A stretch of 64,000 nucleotides of DNA, taken from NCBI GenBank assembly GCA_965644315.1, contig CBFFRQ010000061.1, forward strand, positions 1-64,000. Reading direction: 5' to 3'. Within the stretch, counting starts at the first letter, position 1. Each line of letters starts with the position of its first letter. Positions 20,141-31,608 of this stretch are shown piece by piece. Under the pieces are notes generated by a model. That model did not search any database. It was not told where the DNA came from and saw only the letters and a list, made by a program, of their open reading frames with translations. Position numbers and translations under genes: made by a program. The DNA comes from Caecitellus pseudoparvulus (lineage: Eukaryota > Protista > Bigyra: Bicosoecida).

Positions 20141-21681
20141 TCAGCTGTGTGCATCATCCGCGTGTGGAGCCAAGCCAGGCAACGACGTGACGCTGGCGTC
20201 CCCCACCATGGTGCCGGAGGGGTTCAGCACCAGCGCTGCCTCGTCCCGGCTGTGCCCGTGAGCTGCCGAGTCCACAGGCACGCCCAGCGCAGAGGCAGAG
20301 GCAGAGGCGGCAAGGCTGGCCTCGTCCAGCACTGCCACTGCGTCTTCCTCGTCGCCCTCTGCGCTGTCCTCCTGCCGGGGCACCGGCGAGGGCGTGCTGG
20401 CAGCACTGGGCGGACCCTGCACCCCGCTGCCCCGTCCACTGCCCTCTTCGTCCGACGTGTCACCCTGCGACGCGCCTGCCGCTGCAGCGCTAGCAAATGC
20501 CCCAGCCAGCAAGTCCTCTGAGGCAGACTCAGCGGCTTCCACACCCCCGTCCCCGTCGTCCTGGTGCTTGGAGTCACCCTCCTCCACCGAGGGTTGGATT
20601 GGGGTCTGGGCACTCGCCAACACCGGGGCGTCCACTTGCACTGCCTGCATGGCATCGGCAATGTGGGGTGGCAGTGTGTCGGCTTCTAGGGGCGAGCGGT
20701 CCCGTGCCTGGCTAGGGCGCGTGTCCCCCACCAGGCCCCGCAACGCCGCCTCCTCCTCCCGCAGGTACTGCAGGAAGGAGTCCAGACCCTTGCGCCCAGC
20801 AGAGCGCGGGGAGCGCCCAGACACCGCCACACGGGGCGATGCAGTGGGTGAGGAGGGGGGTGTCAGCATGAGGGCTGACACGGGCACCAAGCGCACCAGT
20901 TCGTCCCACGTGCCGTCCAGGCCGATGCCGTCGAACGCGGAGCAGAACTTGACCGTGATGCCCAGCACTTCCGCCATGCGCAGCGCCCCCTGGCGCACCT
21001 TCATGATGGCGGGCGGGCTGGCAGACACGACGTCCATCTTGGTCACCAGCAGCACGACGGGGATGGGGCGCCCCCGCACCTCCCGCACGACGCTCACCGC
21101 CTCCACCAGCCGAGGCACGCTGTCCAGGCCGTGTTTGCTGGTCGCGTCTGCGGTGATGACAAACACGTCCGTGGCAGCGAAGGCCATGGTCGGGATGTCG
21201 TCGGGGGCGTCGCCTGGCACGTCCCACAACTGCACCTTGCGTGGATGCCGCCCCTCCTCATGCATCACCCGACTGCCCAGGCGCACTGCAAAGGCGCGAG
21301 GCGGTGTTGAAGTGTACAGGGTCAGAACTTGGCGCTGTTCCAATCCTGTGTTCACACGCACCTTTGAAGTCGGCCTCGTACACGCCTTCGTTCAGCTTGT
21401 CTGGGTTCAGGCCATCAATCAGCCGCCGGTACAGCCAGGTCTTGCCGGAGCGCCGGCGCCCCAGCATGACGACTTTCATGCTGCGGAGGGACCGGTGCTG
21501 CACTGGTTCCTCCTCTTCGCCCTCCCATGGCGGGCGCTTGCCTGTGGGGGGCGGCGAGCGCGGCTGTGGCGTGCGCCAGCATGAAACGTCGCTGTGCCCA
21601 CAGTGAAAACCGACTGCCCGCTGGGCGGCAGCAGGAGCCGCAGTTCGGACACAACGAACCTTTGCCTTGCCCTGCCCCCAT
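20141..21681 (-). CDS. Divergent Ras-superfamily small GTPase with probable N-myristoylation site and acidic low-complexity tail (spliced)
   Basis: MGAGQGK start; KVVMLGRRRSGKT (G1), LWDVPG (G3), VTKMD (G4), CSA (G5); two GT-AG introns inferred. Confidence 0.8.
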
Positions 21682-22068
21682 GCTTTCGGGAGCAGGGGTG
21701 CAGTGCAGTGCCGTGCCAGGCGTGGGGGGGCCCAGAGCGTGTCGGGGCTGCGCTGCCTGCTGTGCCCCAACTGAAGCACTGGCTGAGAGCAGCGCAGTCC
21801 ACTCCCCAACAAGTGTGCTCAGGGACGCGAAACGGGAGCTTCCGGGCACAGAAGGTGTGCCTGATCATGAGTGCCTGGACGGGGCAGATTTGCCGCTCGG
21901 GATTTTTCCCCGCAGTGTGCATGCTACGGCGTTGTGCCTGGGAAGGCCGGGTGCTCAGCCGCTCCAAGTTCCGCTCCACAACAAAACAATCCTTCCCGCA
22001 GTCGTACCCCGCCACGCTGGGCCGTTGATGTGGCGCATCGCCCTGCCCGCTCCCTCTCCCCAATCACC

Positions 22069-25000
22069 ATGTCGTCCTTCATCCTGGATGACCGCATGAC
22101 CCTTACGGTCACTGCGTCCGGTGCGCGAGTTGTCAGCCTCGCGCCAGGCGCAGGAGCTCTGCCTCCTCCACTCCCCACACAAGGCAAGGCGCCCAGCGCG
22201 GCTGCCACAGCGGGAGAAGATGGCAAGCCCCTGAGCAAGAACGCACAGAAGCGCCTGGCCAAGGGCAAGACCAAGAAGAAGGGCGGCGCTGGCAAGGCCA
22301 AGGACGGCAAGGCCGCCAAGAAGGTGAGGCAGTGCTGGCGCGGAATTTCCTGCTGGCACCAGACGCATGCTGCCGCCCTGCGTGCCCGCTGCAGAGCGCT
22401 GCCGCTGAGCCCAAGAAGAAGACCAAGAAGACCGCTGCGAAGAAGGTGTTCGTGAACAAGACCCCGCCCGGCGAGAAGAAGGGTGAGGCAGCGTGTTCTG
22501 AGGCAGCCACCCACCACGCCAGAGCCACGCTCTCCCCGCCCCCTCTTTACAGACATGACCGTGGAGATGGAGGCTGGCTACCATCCCCAGCAGGTCGAGG
22601 CTGCTTGGGACGCGTGGTGGGAGGCGTCTGGCTTCTACTCCGCCGACCCCGCCGCCGCTGCCGCTGCTGGCCCAGAGGGGCGCTTCGTGATGGTCATCCC
22701 ACCACCCAACGTCACCGGCACGCTGCACTTGGGCCACGGCCTGACAGACTCCATCGAGGACTGCCTGGCCAGGTGGCACCGCATGCAGGGCAAGCCCGTC
22801 ATGTGGCTGCCCGGCATGGACCACGCCGGCATCGCCACGCAGAGCGTCGTGGAGAAGCGCCTGGCCAAGGAGCGCGGCATCACCCGGCACGACCTGGGGC
22901 GCGAGGCGTTCCTGGAGGAGGTGTGGAAGTGGAAGGAGGCGTACGGGGGGAAGATCACGGAGCAAATCCGGCACCTGGGCGCCAGCGTGGACTGGTCCCG
23001 CATGCACTTCACCATGGACGACGCGCTGAGCACGGCGGTGAAGGAGGCCTTCGTCACCATGTACAACAAGGGCCTCATCTACCGCCAGACGCGCCTGGTG
23101 AACTGGTGCTGCCACCTGAACACGGCCATCAGCGACATCGAAGTGGACCGCATCGAGCTGCCCGGGCGCACGATGCTGCCTGTGCCTGGCCACTCTGGCG
23201 GCAAGTACGAGTTCGGCGTCATCACCTCCTTCGCATACAAAGTCAAGGACAGCGACGAGGAGCTCGTCGTCGCCACGACGCGCCTGGAGACCATGCTGGG
23301 CGACGTGGCCGTGGCGGTGCACCCTTCAGACCCCCGCTACACGCACCTGCACGGCAAGCTGCTGGTGCACCCCTTCGACCCCGAACGTGAGGTGAAGGTC
23401 ATCAAGGATGCCACCCTCGTGGACATGGAGTTCGGCACTGGTGCGGTGAAGATCACGCCTGCCCACGACCCAAACGACTTTGCCTGTGGCCGGCGCCACG
23501 ACTTGAAGGCCGTCGTCGTGTTCAATGATGACGGCACCGTGAACTCCAACGGCGGCGAGTTCGAGGGTCTCATGCGCTTCGACGCGCGAGTGGCAGTGGA
23601 GAAGGCGCTGGAAGCCAAGGGCCTCTTCCGTGGCAAGGCGGACAACCCCATGAGCCTGGGCATCTGCTCGCGGTCAGGGGACGTCATCGAGCCCCTGCCC
23701 AAGCCCCAGTGGTGGGTGAACTGCCAGGGCATGGCTGCGCGAGCGACGGCAGCTGTGCGCGAGGGCGAGCTCAAGCTCACGCCCTCCTTCCACGAGAAGA
23801 CCTGGTTCAGGTGGCTGGACAACATCCAGGACTGGTGTGTCTCCCGCCAGCTGTGGTGGGGGCACCGCATCCCCGCCTACTACGTGGACATCCAAGGCAT
23901 GCCAGAAGACCGCACAGACTCCAACCGTTGGGTGGTGGGGCGTGACGAGGCAGAGGCCACTGCCAACGCTGCAGCCCGGTTCGAGGTGGACCCCTCCGCC
24001 GTCACCCTGCACCAGGACCCAGACGTCCTGGACACCTGGTTCTCCTCCGCCCTCTTCCCCTTCTCCACCTTTGGCTGGCCCAACACCAAGGCAGAGGACT
24101 TCCCCGCCTTCTACCCCAACTCCCTCCTGGAGACGGGGCACGACATCCTCTTCTTCTGGGTGGCGCGCATGGTCATGATGGGGCTGGAGCTCACAGACAC
24201 CCTGCCCTTCAAGGAGGTGTACCTGCACGCCATGGTGCGGGACAAGTACGGCCGCAAGATGTCCAAGTCCCTCGGCAACGTCATCGACCCCATGGAGGTC
24301 ATCCACGGCGCCACTCTCGCCGAGCTGCACGCCAAGCTGGAGGCCGGCAACCTGCCCGCCAAGGAGGTGGCCAAGGCGCAGGCAGGGCAGACCAAGGAGT
24401 ACCCTGACGGCATCCCCGAGTGCGGCGCGGACGCCATGCGCATGGGTCTCCTGGCGTACACACAGCAGGGGCAGGACATCAACCTGGACATCAACCGTGT
24501 CGTGGCCTACCGCAACTTCTGCAACAAGCTGTGGAATGCCACCAAGTTCGCCCTGAGCCACCTGGGCCAGGACACCTACTCCGCTGACAAGAGCGTCATG
24601 GGCATGCAGGCCCACCTGGTGTCTGCCGTCAAGGCTGGTGCCCTGCCTGCTCGCGAGGCGTGGGTGCTGTCCCGCCTGCAGAGTGCCGTGCAGGCTGCCA
24701 ACGAAAACCTGGCGTCCTATGACTTCGGCGCAGCGGTCATGGCCATGCACAACTTCTGGCTGCACGACCTCTGTGACGTGTACTTGGAGGCCGTCAAGCC
24801 GGTCATGAAGGGCGCAGCGCCCACCCCCATCACTGGCTTCACCGGCGCTGCTGCCACGGTGGCGAGCAGCGAAGTAGCTGAGGGTGCCGCTACGGCCGCT
24901 GCCTCCGCTGGCACCTCCTCCGGTGCTGGGGATGACTTCTCCCCGGCTGCACTGGCCAGGTACACCCTGCACACGTGCTTGGACGCTGGCCTGCGCCTGC

Positions 25001-25611
25001 TGCACCCCGTCATGCCCTTCGTCACGGAGGAGCTGTGGCAGCGCCTGCCCGGCAGGGGCGGCGAGTGGGATGCGGGTGTGCCCGAGGCCCCCTCCATCAT
25101 GGTGGCGCCCTACCCCACCGTGGTGCCTGAGCTGCTGCAGCCAGGCTTGGAGAGCACCATGGAGGTGGTCAAGGCCATCAACACAGCCCTGCGCTCCAGC
25201 CGCAGCGCCGCCAAGCTGCCCTTCTCCAAGACCACCGAGAACTACGTCGCAGTGCTGGCCGACGCCGAGGCCCTCGCGCCCTTTGCGCAGTGCATTGCCA
25301 CCCTGACGTCTGCCAGCACCGTGCACTTTGTCGCGGACACGAACTTGCCTGCAGGCGTCACCAGCAACATCATCTCCGACACCATCACTGCCGGCGTGCA
25401 GCTGCGTGGCGCCATCGACGTGTCGGCTGAGATTGCGAAGTTGGAGAAGGACCTGGCGCAGAAGCAGAAGGCCCTGCCCAAGTACAAGGCCACCATCGCC
25501 AACGAGAAGGTGCCCCAGAAGATCAGGGACGACACGGCTGCCAAGCTGGAGGCTATCTCCAAGGAGATCGCTGAGATCGAGGCCAGCATCGCGTCCTACA
25601 AGGCCTGGTGA
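22069..25611 (+). CDS. VARS1: Valine--tRNA ligase, cytosolic type (two short 5' introns)
   Basis: PPPNVTGTLHLGH (HIGH), GMDHAGIATQ, DWCVSRQLWWGHRIP, DVLDTWFSS, KMSKS, RNFCNKLWN. Confidence 0.97.
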
Positions 25612-25767
25612 TGTGCCTGCTCCAGCCAATGCAACCCAGTTCCCATTCTCCAGGAAGTCAGTAGCACGCCGCAAACGACATTACTTTTGTTGAGCACCAG
25701 TGCTAGCCCCCTCGCGAGAAAGGCACTCCATCGGCACACCCTGCGCAGTCTGACCACACCAGCGGCC

Positions 25768-26376
25768 ATGCCTGCCGTGGACAGCGTGGATGCGTTCAAG
25801 GCCAAGGCAGATGAGCTGCTGGCTGGAGCACGCCAACATGATGTGCGGTTGGTGGTGAAGATCAGGCCCTGCGGCGGCAAAGCACAGGGGACGGTGTCTG
25901 ACAATGAAAAGGCACGTGCACGTGGCGTTTCGCCCAGCGCAGCGCCATGTTCATCTCCCTCCCCCTGCGCTGCTCAGACATACACCGTGCAGACAGACAC
26001 CAGCGCAGCTTTTGCGGCATTGCTGGGGGTCCAGGCACAGGTGTCCTCCACACTCGCACAGAACGCGGAAGCAGGTGAGGCGCGGCGCCGCTGCGCGTGC
26101 GCCGCTGGCGCTCCCTGCTGCACTGCACGCCTCCTTGCCTTTCCAGCTGCACCTGCATTGAGAGCTGACACCGCCAGCAAAGCTGCCACAAAGCAGAACA
26201 AGAGCGGTGCACAACGGCGCAAGGAGAGGGCGGCCGCTGGCAAGCTCAAAGACGCTGCTTCCGTCCGGCGAGGGCTGAAACGGGCGTACAAAGCAGAGGC
26301 TGCGGCGGCGGCAGCTGGGGGACAGGCAGGGCAGGCTCGTGCAGAAGGTGGCAGACGGCGTGCTGCAGCAGAGTAA
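25768..26376 (+). CDS. SRP9: Signal recognition particle 9 kDa subunit-like protein with basic C-terminal extension (spliced)
   Basis: F...A..L......VR.VVK.R...G.....VSDN...Y...TD pattern of SRP9 after removing the 66-bp intron 25912-25977; second intron from ~26075. Confidence 0.65.
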   Translation: MPAVDSVDAFKAKADELLAGARQHDVRLVVKIRPCGGKAQGTVSDNEKARARGVSPSAAPCSSPSPCAAQTYTVQTDTSAAFAALLGVQAQVSSTLAQNAEAGEARRRCACAAGAPCCTARLLAFPAAPALRADTASKAATKQNKSGAQRRKERAAAGKLKDAASVRRGLKRAYKAEAAAAAAGGQAGQARAEGGRRRAAAE

Positions 26377-26383
26377 GCCGTGC

Positions 26384-28705
26384 TCACAGCACCTGTGGGG
26401 CAGCCCAATTCACTCCTCGGAACGCCCACACAGGCCACCACGGCCCCCACTTGCCAAGCTCTGCGACGAGCCATGCAGCCTCAGCTGCCGCGCCATCCCA
26501 CCACCGGCGCACTTGACGCTTGGCGTCCTCCACCGCTGCAGGAGCGTCTGTTCCGTACTTCATGCGCAGCGTGGCCAGTGGTGACACGGGTGACTCCGCA
26601 CAGCGGGCCAGACACAGCCCTGGCGCTGCCTCGCCAGATCCCGCCAGGCCGCCCTGGCACCGCACATTCACTGTGCGGGAGGCCAGTGGCACTGCCTGTA
26701 GGGCGGGGCTGCCAGTGTCCACTGCCGCTGCCAGAGCAGCCAGGGCCAGCACGCCGCCTTCGTGGTCGGAGCTGGGCAGCACGACTCGAGGGTAGCCGCC
26801 TTCGTGAGGCGCACAGAGCGTGCCTCCAAGGAGAATGGCAGAGGTGGAGGGCGTGGCCAAGGTCACCATGGCGTCCCAGGGCGCCCAGCGATAGCCCCGT
26901 GCCGTGGCCCCTGTCATGCCGCCCCCCAGCCAGCGTGGAGGCAGCATGACGACCCGCGCCGCAGCTGGGACAGGGGCAGATACTCCCTTCCTCGGCTGCC
27001 CACCTTCAGCTGACGCGAGGGCTGATATCAGCGTGCGTAGTTGGGCGCTGTTGGAGTCCAGGTGCCCCGCCAGCACCCACAGCAAGCAGGGAAGGACGGG
27101 GACGGGTGCGCTGTTTGCGCCAAAGGCGCCCACATGCACGTGCCTCCGAATGAATGCGTGCTGCTGTCGCCCGATGCCCTGCAAGGCTGCGTTCACTGCG
27201 TCAGCCAGCTGCGGCGACGAAGCGTCGAAGACATGCAGCCCTGGGCCGTTCACGGCGAGCAAGTCCACTGGCCTGGGCACCACTGCGTGCGCTGCTGACG
27301 AGCGCAGAATGTCCACCGCCTGCCACAGCGCCGCCTGCACCGTTGAAGGAGATCCAGCTGGCAGGGTTGAAGAGGGGACGAGGGCCACAATGGTGCAGTG
27401 CTCCCACTCCCTCGGGCGAGGGCTGGCCGGGTACGTGAAGCCGCCGCGCACTCCTGCAGCCTGTGCGTGCACTTCTCCCCCAGGCAAGTCCAAGTGGTAC
27501 GCCAGAGCTGAGAGGAGGTCCAGGGTGTCGGGTGTGCCCGCTGTAAAGCGGTGTCCACCCCCCACACCTTGTGCCAGTTCTCCTGGCGTGTCCAGGGGAC
27601 TCACGGGGTGCCCCGGCACACTGCCCTGCACCCCGGCACTGCCCACCTCCACCCTGATGCCGCCCTGCGTCACGCCGTCGTCAGATGCGTCATCTTGGCG
27701 CACATTGGGGTGCAACGCTGCATGTCCGGGTGGAAGGGGCGGTAGCACCTCGACCAGTCCGGGCACGCTCACAGCTCGCCAAGCTGCCTGCACCCTCCCC
27801 CACGCAGCAGTCCGAGTGTCGGAGAGCAGCTCCCCACCATTCACGCCCTCAGCCCACACAAGTGGCTGCAAGCACACCACTTCGCCCGCCCCGGACGGCG
27901 GCGGGTGCTGTGCTTGCAATGGGACAAAGCTGGCGCGGCCACTGTCCAGCTGTACCAGCACTGGCGGAGCACTGCTTGGCACACTCCACGGCGCGAACGC
28001 AGCGTACCCCACGCCCAGCACCACCCACAGGAAGCAGGCACACCACAGGCAGTGCAAGCCTGCGAACATGGCACACTGGACGCTGCCTGGGCGCTGGCCT
28101 GCCGCAAGCCGCCCACCTGGAGCACCCCACCACGGGGCAGCGTCCCAGTACACGAGCACTGCATCGACCCAACCGGCTGTCGAGGGTTGCGAAGGAGCGC
28201 CCCTGCGCGCACCTGACGCGGGGGGCTCTGCCAGCAGGTCGCTGTCGGAGGCGAACCTGCGGCGGGGAGAGGATGCCCCCGAGCGGGGCCCCGGTATCGG
28301 TGGAGTCTCCTCGTCTGACATGCCCCGTTGTGGCTGTCGCTGCTGTTGGTCTGCTGCCGGCGAGACCGACGGCGTGATGGCTGTGGACCTCCACTTGCAC
28401 TGCCTTCGAGCGCACCATGAGAGCGTCGCCGTGCCCGTTATGACTGCCAACAAGCACAGTGGGACAAACGCTGCTGCGGCCGCGCGCGTGTTGCTGCAAA
28501 CTGTGCTAGCATGGGACAGCGTCAAATCCCGCTCGCCGCAAAGCAGCACCCCTGCTCGCCAGACGTCAACCACCCATGCCCAGAACACGCAAGGGGCTGA
28601 AACTAGACAGATCACAAGCACTAGCCTTCCCAGCACACCCGAGGCATGACCCTGCGCAGCTTGGTCTCCGTTCAAAGGCAGGGCTGGCATGAGAGTCGCG
28701 TGCAA
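26384..28705 (-). CDS. Hypothetical membrane protein (about three N-terminal TM segments, possible degenerate alpha/beta-hydrolase C-terminus)
   Basis: 773-aa ORF with hydrophobic segments; VTLATP is only a weak hydrolase hint. Confidence 0.5.
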   Translation of the reverse strand: MHATLMPALPLNGDQAAQGHASGVLGRLVLVICLVSAPCVFWAWVVDVWRAGVLLCGERDLTLSHASTVCSNTRAAAAAFVPLCLLAVITGTATLSWCARRQCKWRSTAITPSVSPAADQQQRQPQRGMSDEETPPIPGPRSGASSPRRRFASDSDLLAEPPASGARRGAPSQPSTAGWVDAVLVYWDAAPWWGAPGGRLAAGQRPGSVQCAMFAGLHCLWCACFLWVVLGVGYAAFAPWSVPSSAPPVLVQLDSGRASFVPLQAQHPPPSGAGEVVCLQPLVWAEGVNGGELLSDTRTAAWGRVQAAWRAVSVPGLVEVLPPLPPGHAALHPNVRQDDASDDGVTQGGIRVEVGSAGVQGSVPGHPVSPLDTPGELAQGVGGGHRFTAGTPDTLDLLSALAYHLDLPGGEVHAQAAGVRGGFTYPASPRPREWEHCTIVALVPSSTLPAGSPSTVQAALWQAVDILRSSAAHAVVPRPVDLLAVNGPGLHVFDASSPQLADAVNAALQGIGRQQHAFIRRHVHVGAFGANSAPVPVLPCLLWVLAGHLDSNSAQLRTLISALASAEGGQPRKGVSAPVPAAARVVMLPPRWLGGGMTGATARGYRWAPWDAMVTLATPSTSAILLGGTLCAPHEGGYPRVVLPSSDHEGGVLALAALAAAVDTGSPALQAVPLASRTVNVRCQGGLAGSGEAAPGLCLARCAESPVSPLATLRMKYGTDAPAAVEDAKRQVRRWWDGAAAEAAWLVAELGKWGPWWPVWAFRGVNWAAPQVL

Positions 28706-28999
28706 CGCCTGCCCGACCAGAGACGCCTCCGAATCTCAGCACCCAGGTCAACCACGCTCACCATCATGTTCAAGCAGACTTGACTTGTCGTCGTACACGC
28801 CGAGCTACAATTCTATTTTGAATTCTTGAAGGGTTCCGCGTGCAAGTCCAAGCAAAGCTATCTCTCCATGGCAGTCACTCAATCGTCAGGTCTTTGTTCG
28901 TAATCGGTTTCGGAGCGATTCCTCAGTGAGCCAATACCATCTTGAAGCTTTAGCTCGTTGCGAGACCAGTCCCACAGAGCTCCCATGCATTGACAAGCA

Positions 29000-31466
29000 T
29001 CACCGCCTGCGCCCATGGCCCATGTTCCGGCCACCCCCCTTGACGAGGCGAGACGGCCGCGCCTTGGTAGTCTTGCACCTGGGAATGTGCCGCTCAGCCG
29101 CTGTCTCGTTAAACGTGCGCCCACAGTGCGGACAGGGCACAAGGTCCTGCGACCCCACATCTGGCACCGTGGGCAGGTCCAGGGTGGCGATGTCTTGCCC
29201 GCGCGCCTTGGCTGCCGCCATCATGCGGTTGGCCTTCATCGCGGCACGCAGCTGCTCGCTCTTGGCCTTCCACGCGCCACCCTTCCCCGAGCCACCTGCA
29301 GGCTTGGCCGACCCCGCCCTCCCAGCCCCTACACTGCGCCCCACCCGGCGTGACCCGCCGCCACCGCGCCGCCTCCCACCGCCCTGCGCCAGCGCCTCCT
29401 CAGGCATGCGAGCTGAGGTCGCGTCGAACGCCTTGCGCTTGGACACAAAGACCTTCTTGCAGACCTTGACGTGCTTCGCAAGCGCAGTGGGGTTGAACTT
29501 CCGTCCGCAGCTCGGGCACGGCTCACGTGTGTCTGGCCCATCTGCAAACTCGGTCGGTGCGGGGTAGGAACCCTGGCCCGCCCCTAGGGGCTGCTCATCC
29601 ACAGGGAGAGGGACGCCACTGGGTGCCGGCGCTGGTGCCCAGCTCGCACTGTCTGCCTGGGGCGTGTAGCCCTGCCTGCTCCCACCACGGGCATGTGGCT
29701 CAGCCTGTGACGTGCCGTGGCCTTCACGTGAGCCGCCACGGGAGGCTTGCCGTGCCCGGGCTCGGGCACGGAACGAGGAAAACGAGTCGCCCCCGTCGGA
29801 AGGCTCAGTGTGGCTCGCGGCGGCCTGTCTGGCCGGCTCACCCCCCCGCCGCATTGGGGCCTGGCGGCGCGCGGGCTGCGACGGCGCTACATCAAAGTCA
29901 GGAATATCCTCACTGACCTCCGCATGCCTGGCGCCAGAAGGGGCCCCTTGCCCAGCCGGCGCCTCAAAAACCACCATGCCGCGGTAAGCTGGCCGGTCGA
30001 AGTCACTGGGGCGCCGCCGCCGACCCGACACAGTGCGTACCAGTCCTTTCTCCATCCCCCCCGCTGAGACACCCCCACCACCACCGCCACGCCCCACAGG
30101 CTGCTCGTCCCACCCACCACCGCCACCACCACCGCCACGCCCCACAGGCTGCTCATCCCATCCACCACCACCACCACCACCGCCGCCACGCCCCACAGGC
30201 TGCTCGTCCCACCCACCACCGCCACCACCACCGCCACGCTCCACAGGCTGCTCGTCCCACCCACCACCGCCACCACCGCCGCCACGCCCCACAGGCTGCT
30301 CATCCCACCCACCTCCACCACCTCCACCGCCGCCCCGCCCCACAGGCTGCTCATCCCATCCACCACCACCACCTCCACCGCCGCCACGCCCCACAGGCTG
30401 CTCATCCCACCCACCACCACCACCACCTCCACCGCCGCCACGCCCCACAGGCTGTCTCGAACGGTCGCCACTGGAGACATGGGAAGTGCCGCCCCCTCGT
30501 GTTGCCGCTGCAGCAGGCTGGCGCTGGCTGCGGCCTGTGCTCACTGCCTTCCGCACACGCTTCCCGGCAGCGTTGTAGGTCCAGATGAACTTGGTGCCTG
30601 GTGGGGGCGCGTCTTCCCCCCCCCCTGCCTCACGCGACGCACCGCCCAGCACATCGCCCAGGGACGCACCTCCAAAGCCGCCACCGCCACTGCGCTGGGG
30701 CCGTGCCATCTCTGCAGAGCTGTGGCTGGGTTGCAGGTGTTGGGCTGGCCTGGCGTGGGCGTGGGTCGGCTCCCTGCCCATGTCCACTGAGCTGCGGGTT
30801 TGGCGGTGCCCTGGGTCACCGGCCACGGAGCTGCTCTGCATGGGGGGTGGAGCGTGGCTGGGGGCAGCTGCGTAGTGGTCAGGGACGCCGCTGTCCCATG
30901 CTGGGCGGCCGCCACCTCCCCCTCCAGCGCCCCGCAAACCGCCAAAAAAGGCAGCATCCGCTTCTGCCTGAGCCCGAGCATGGGCGTCTGCAGCAGCACG
31001 CTGACGGGCGGCAATGGAATCGCCATGCTGCTTGGCGTAGCCTCCGGCCTGCTCTGCACCTTGCCGTGCGCTGCTCTCTCGGCTGCTGCCACGCTGTCGG
31101 CCAGAGCTGCGCTGGCCATATCCGCTGCTGCCTCGCACAGGAAGCCGGCCCTGCGCGGGGGCAGACGGCTCAAACGATGGGTTGAATCTTGGCTGGTCGT
31201 GGACTTCTCTAGAAGTCGGCCTTCGGTTGGGGTTCAGCCTGTGCACGCAGAGAGGCAAGTCGCCCAGGCGTGTCGGTTGCGCAACGGCATTGGCCGAGCA
31301 GCAGCTGGTCAGCGCTCTTGCCCACTCACTTGGGTTGGAACGTGTGCTGTTCGCCGACAATGCCAGCTTCGCGCTCTTGACGCATTCGCTTGGCCCGCTC
31401 CCGAGCCTCCCGCTGCTTGGCCGCCCACTCGGCTGCTGCAGCAGCGTTTCGATGGGAGACGCTCAT
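29000..31466 (-). CDS. ZC2HC1-like protein (two zf-C2HC_2 fingers) with Gly-rich repeats (spliced)
   Basis: CPSCGRKFNPTALAKHVKVC and CPHCGRTFNETAAERHIPRC; first exon MSVSHRN...HTFQPK followed by a GTGAGT donor. Confidence 0.85.
30072..30454 (-). repeat. Coding minisatellite, 7 units encoding G8-10-WDEQPV[GE]R
   Basis: Recurring ccacaggctgctc[ag]tcccac/t units about 48-54 bp apart. Confidence 0.92.
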
Positions 31467-31608
31467 TTTCCGCACCTGGCTGCAGCGAGAAAGCGCGTGA
31501 AAATGTCACACACTGCAGAAGAAGGGAGGGAATCGAAACCTTATCAGCCTAAACATGAATTTGATTTGTGTTTCGCTGACGAGGGCTCTGCTGCAGCATG
31601 CTTGGGCT

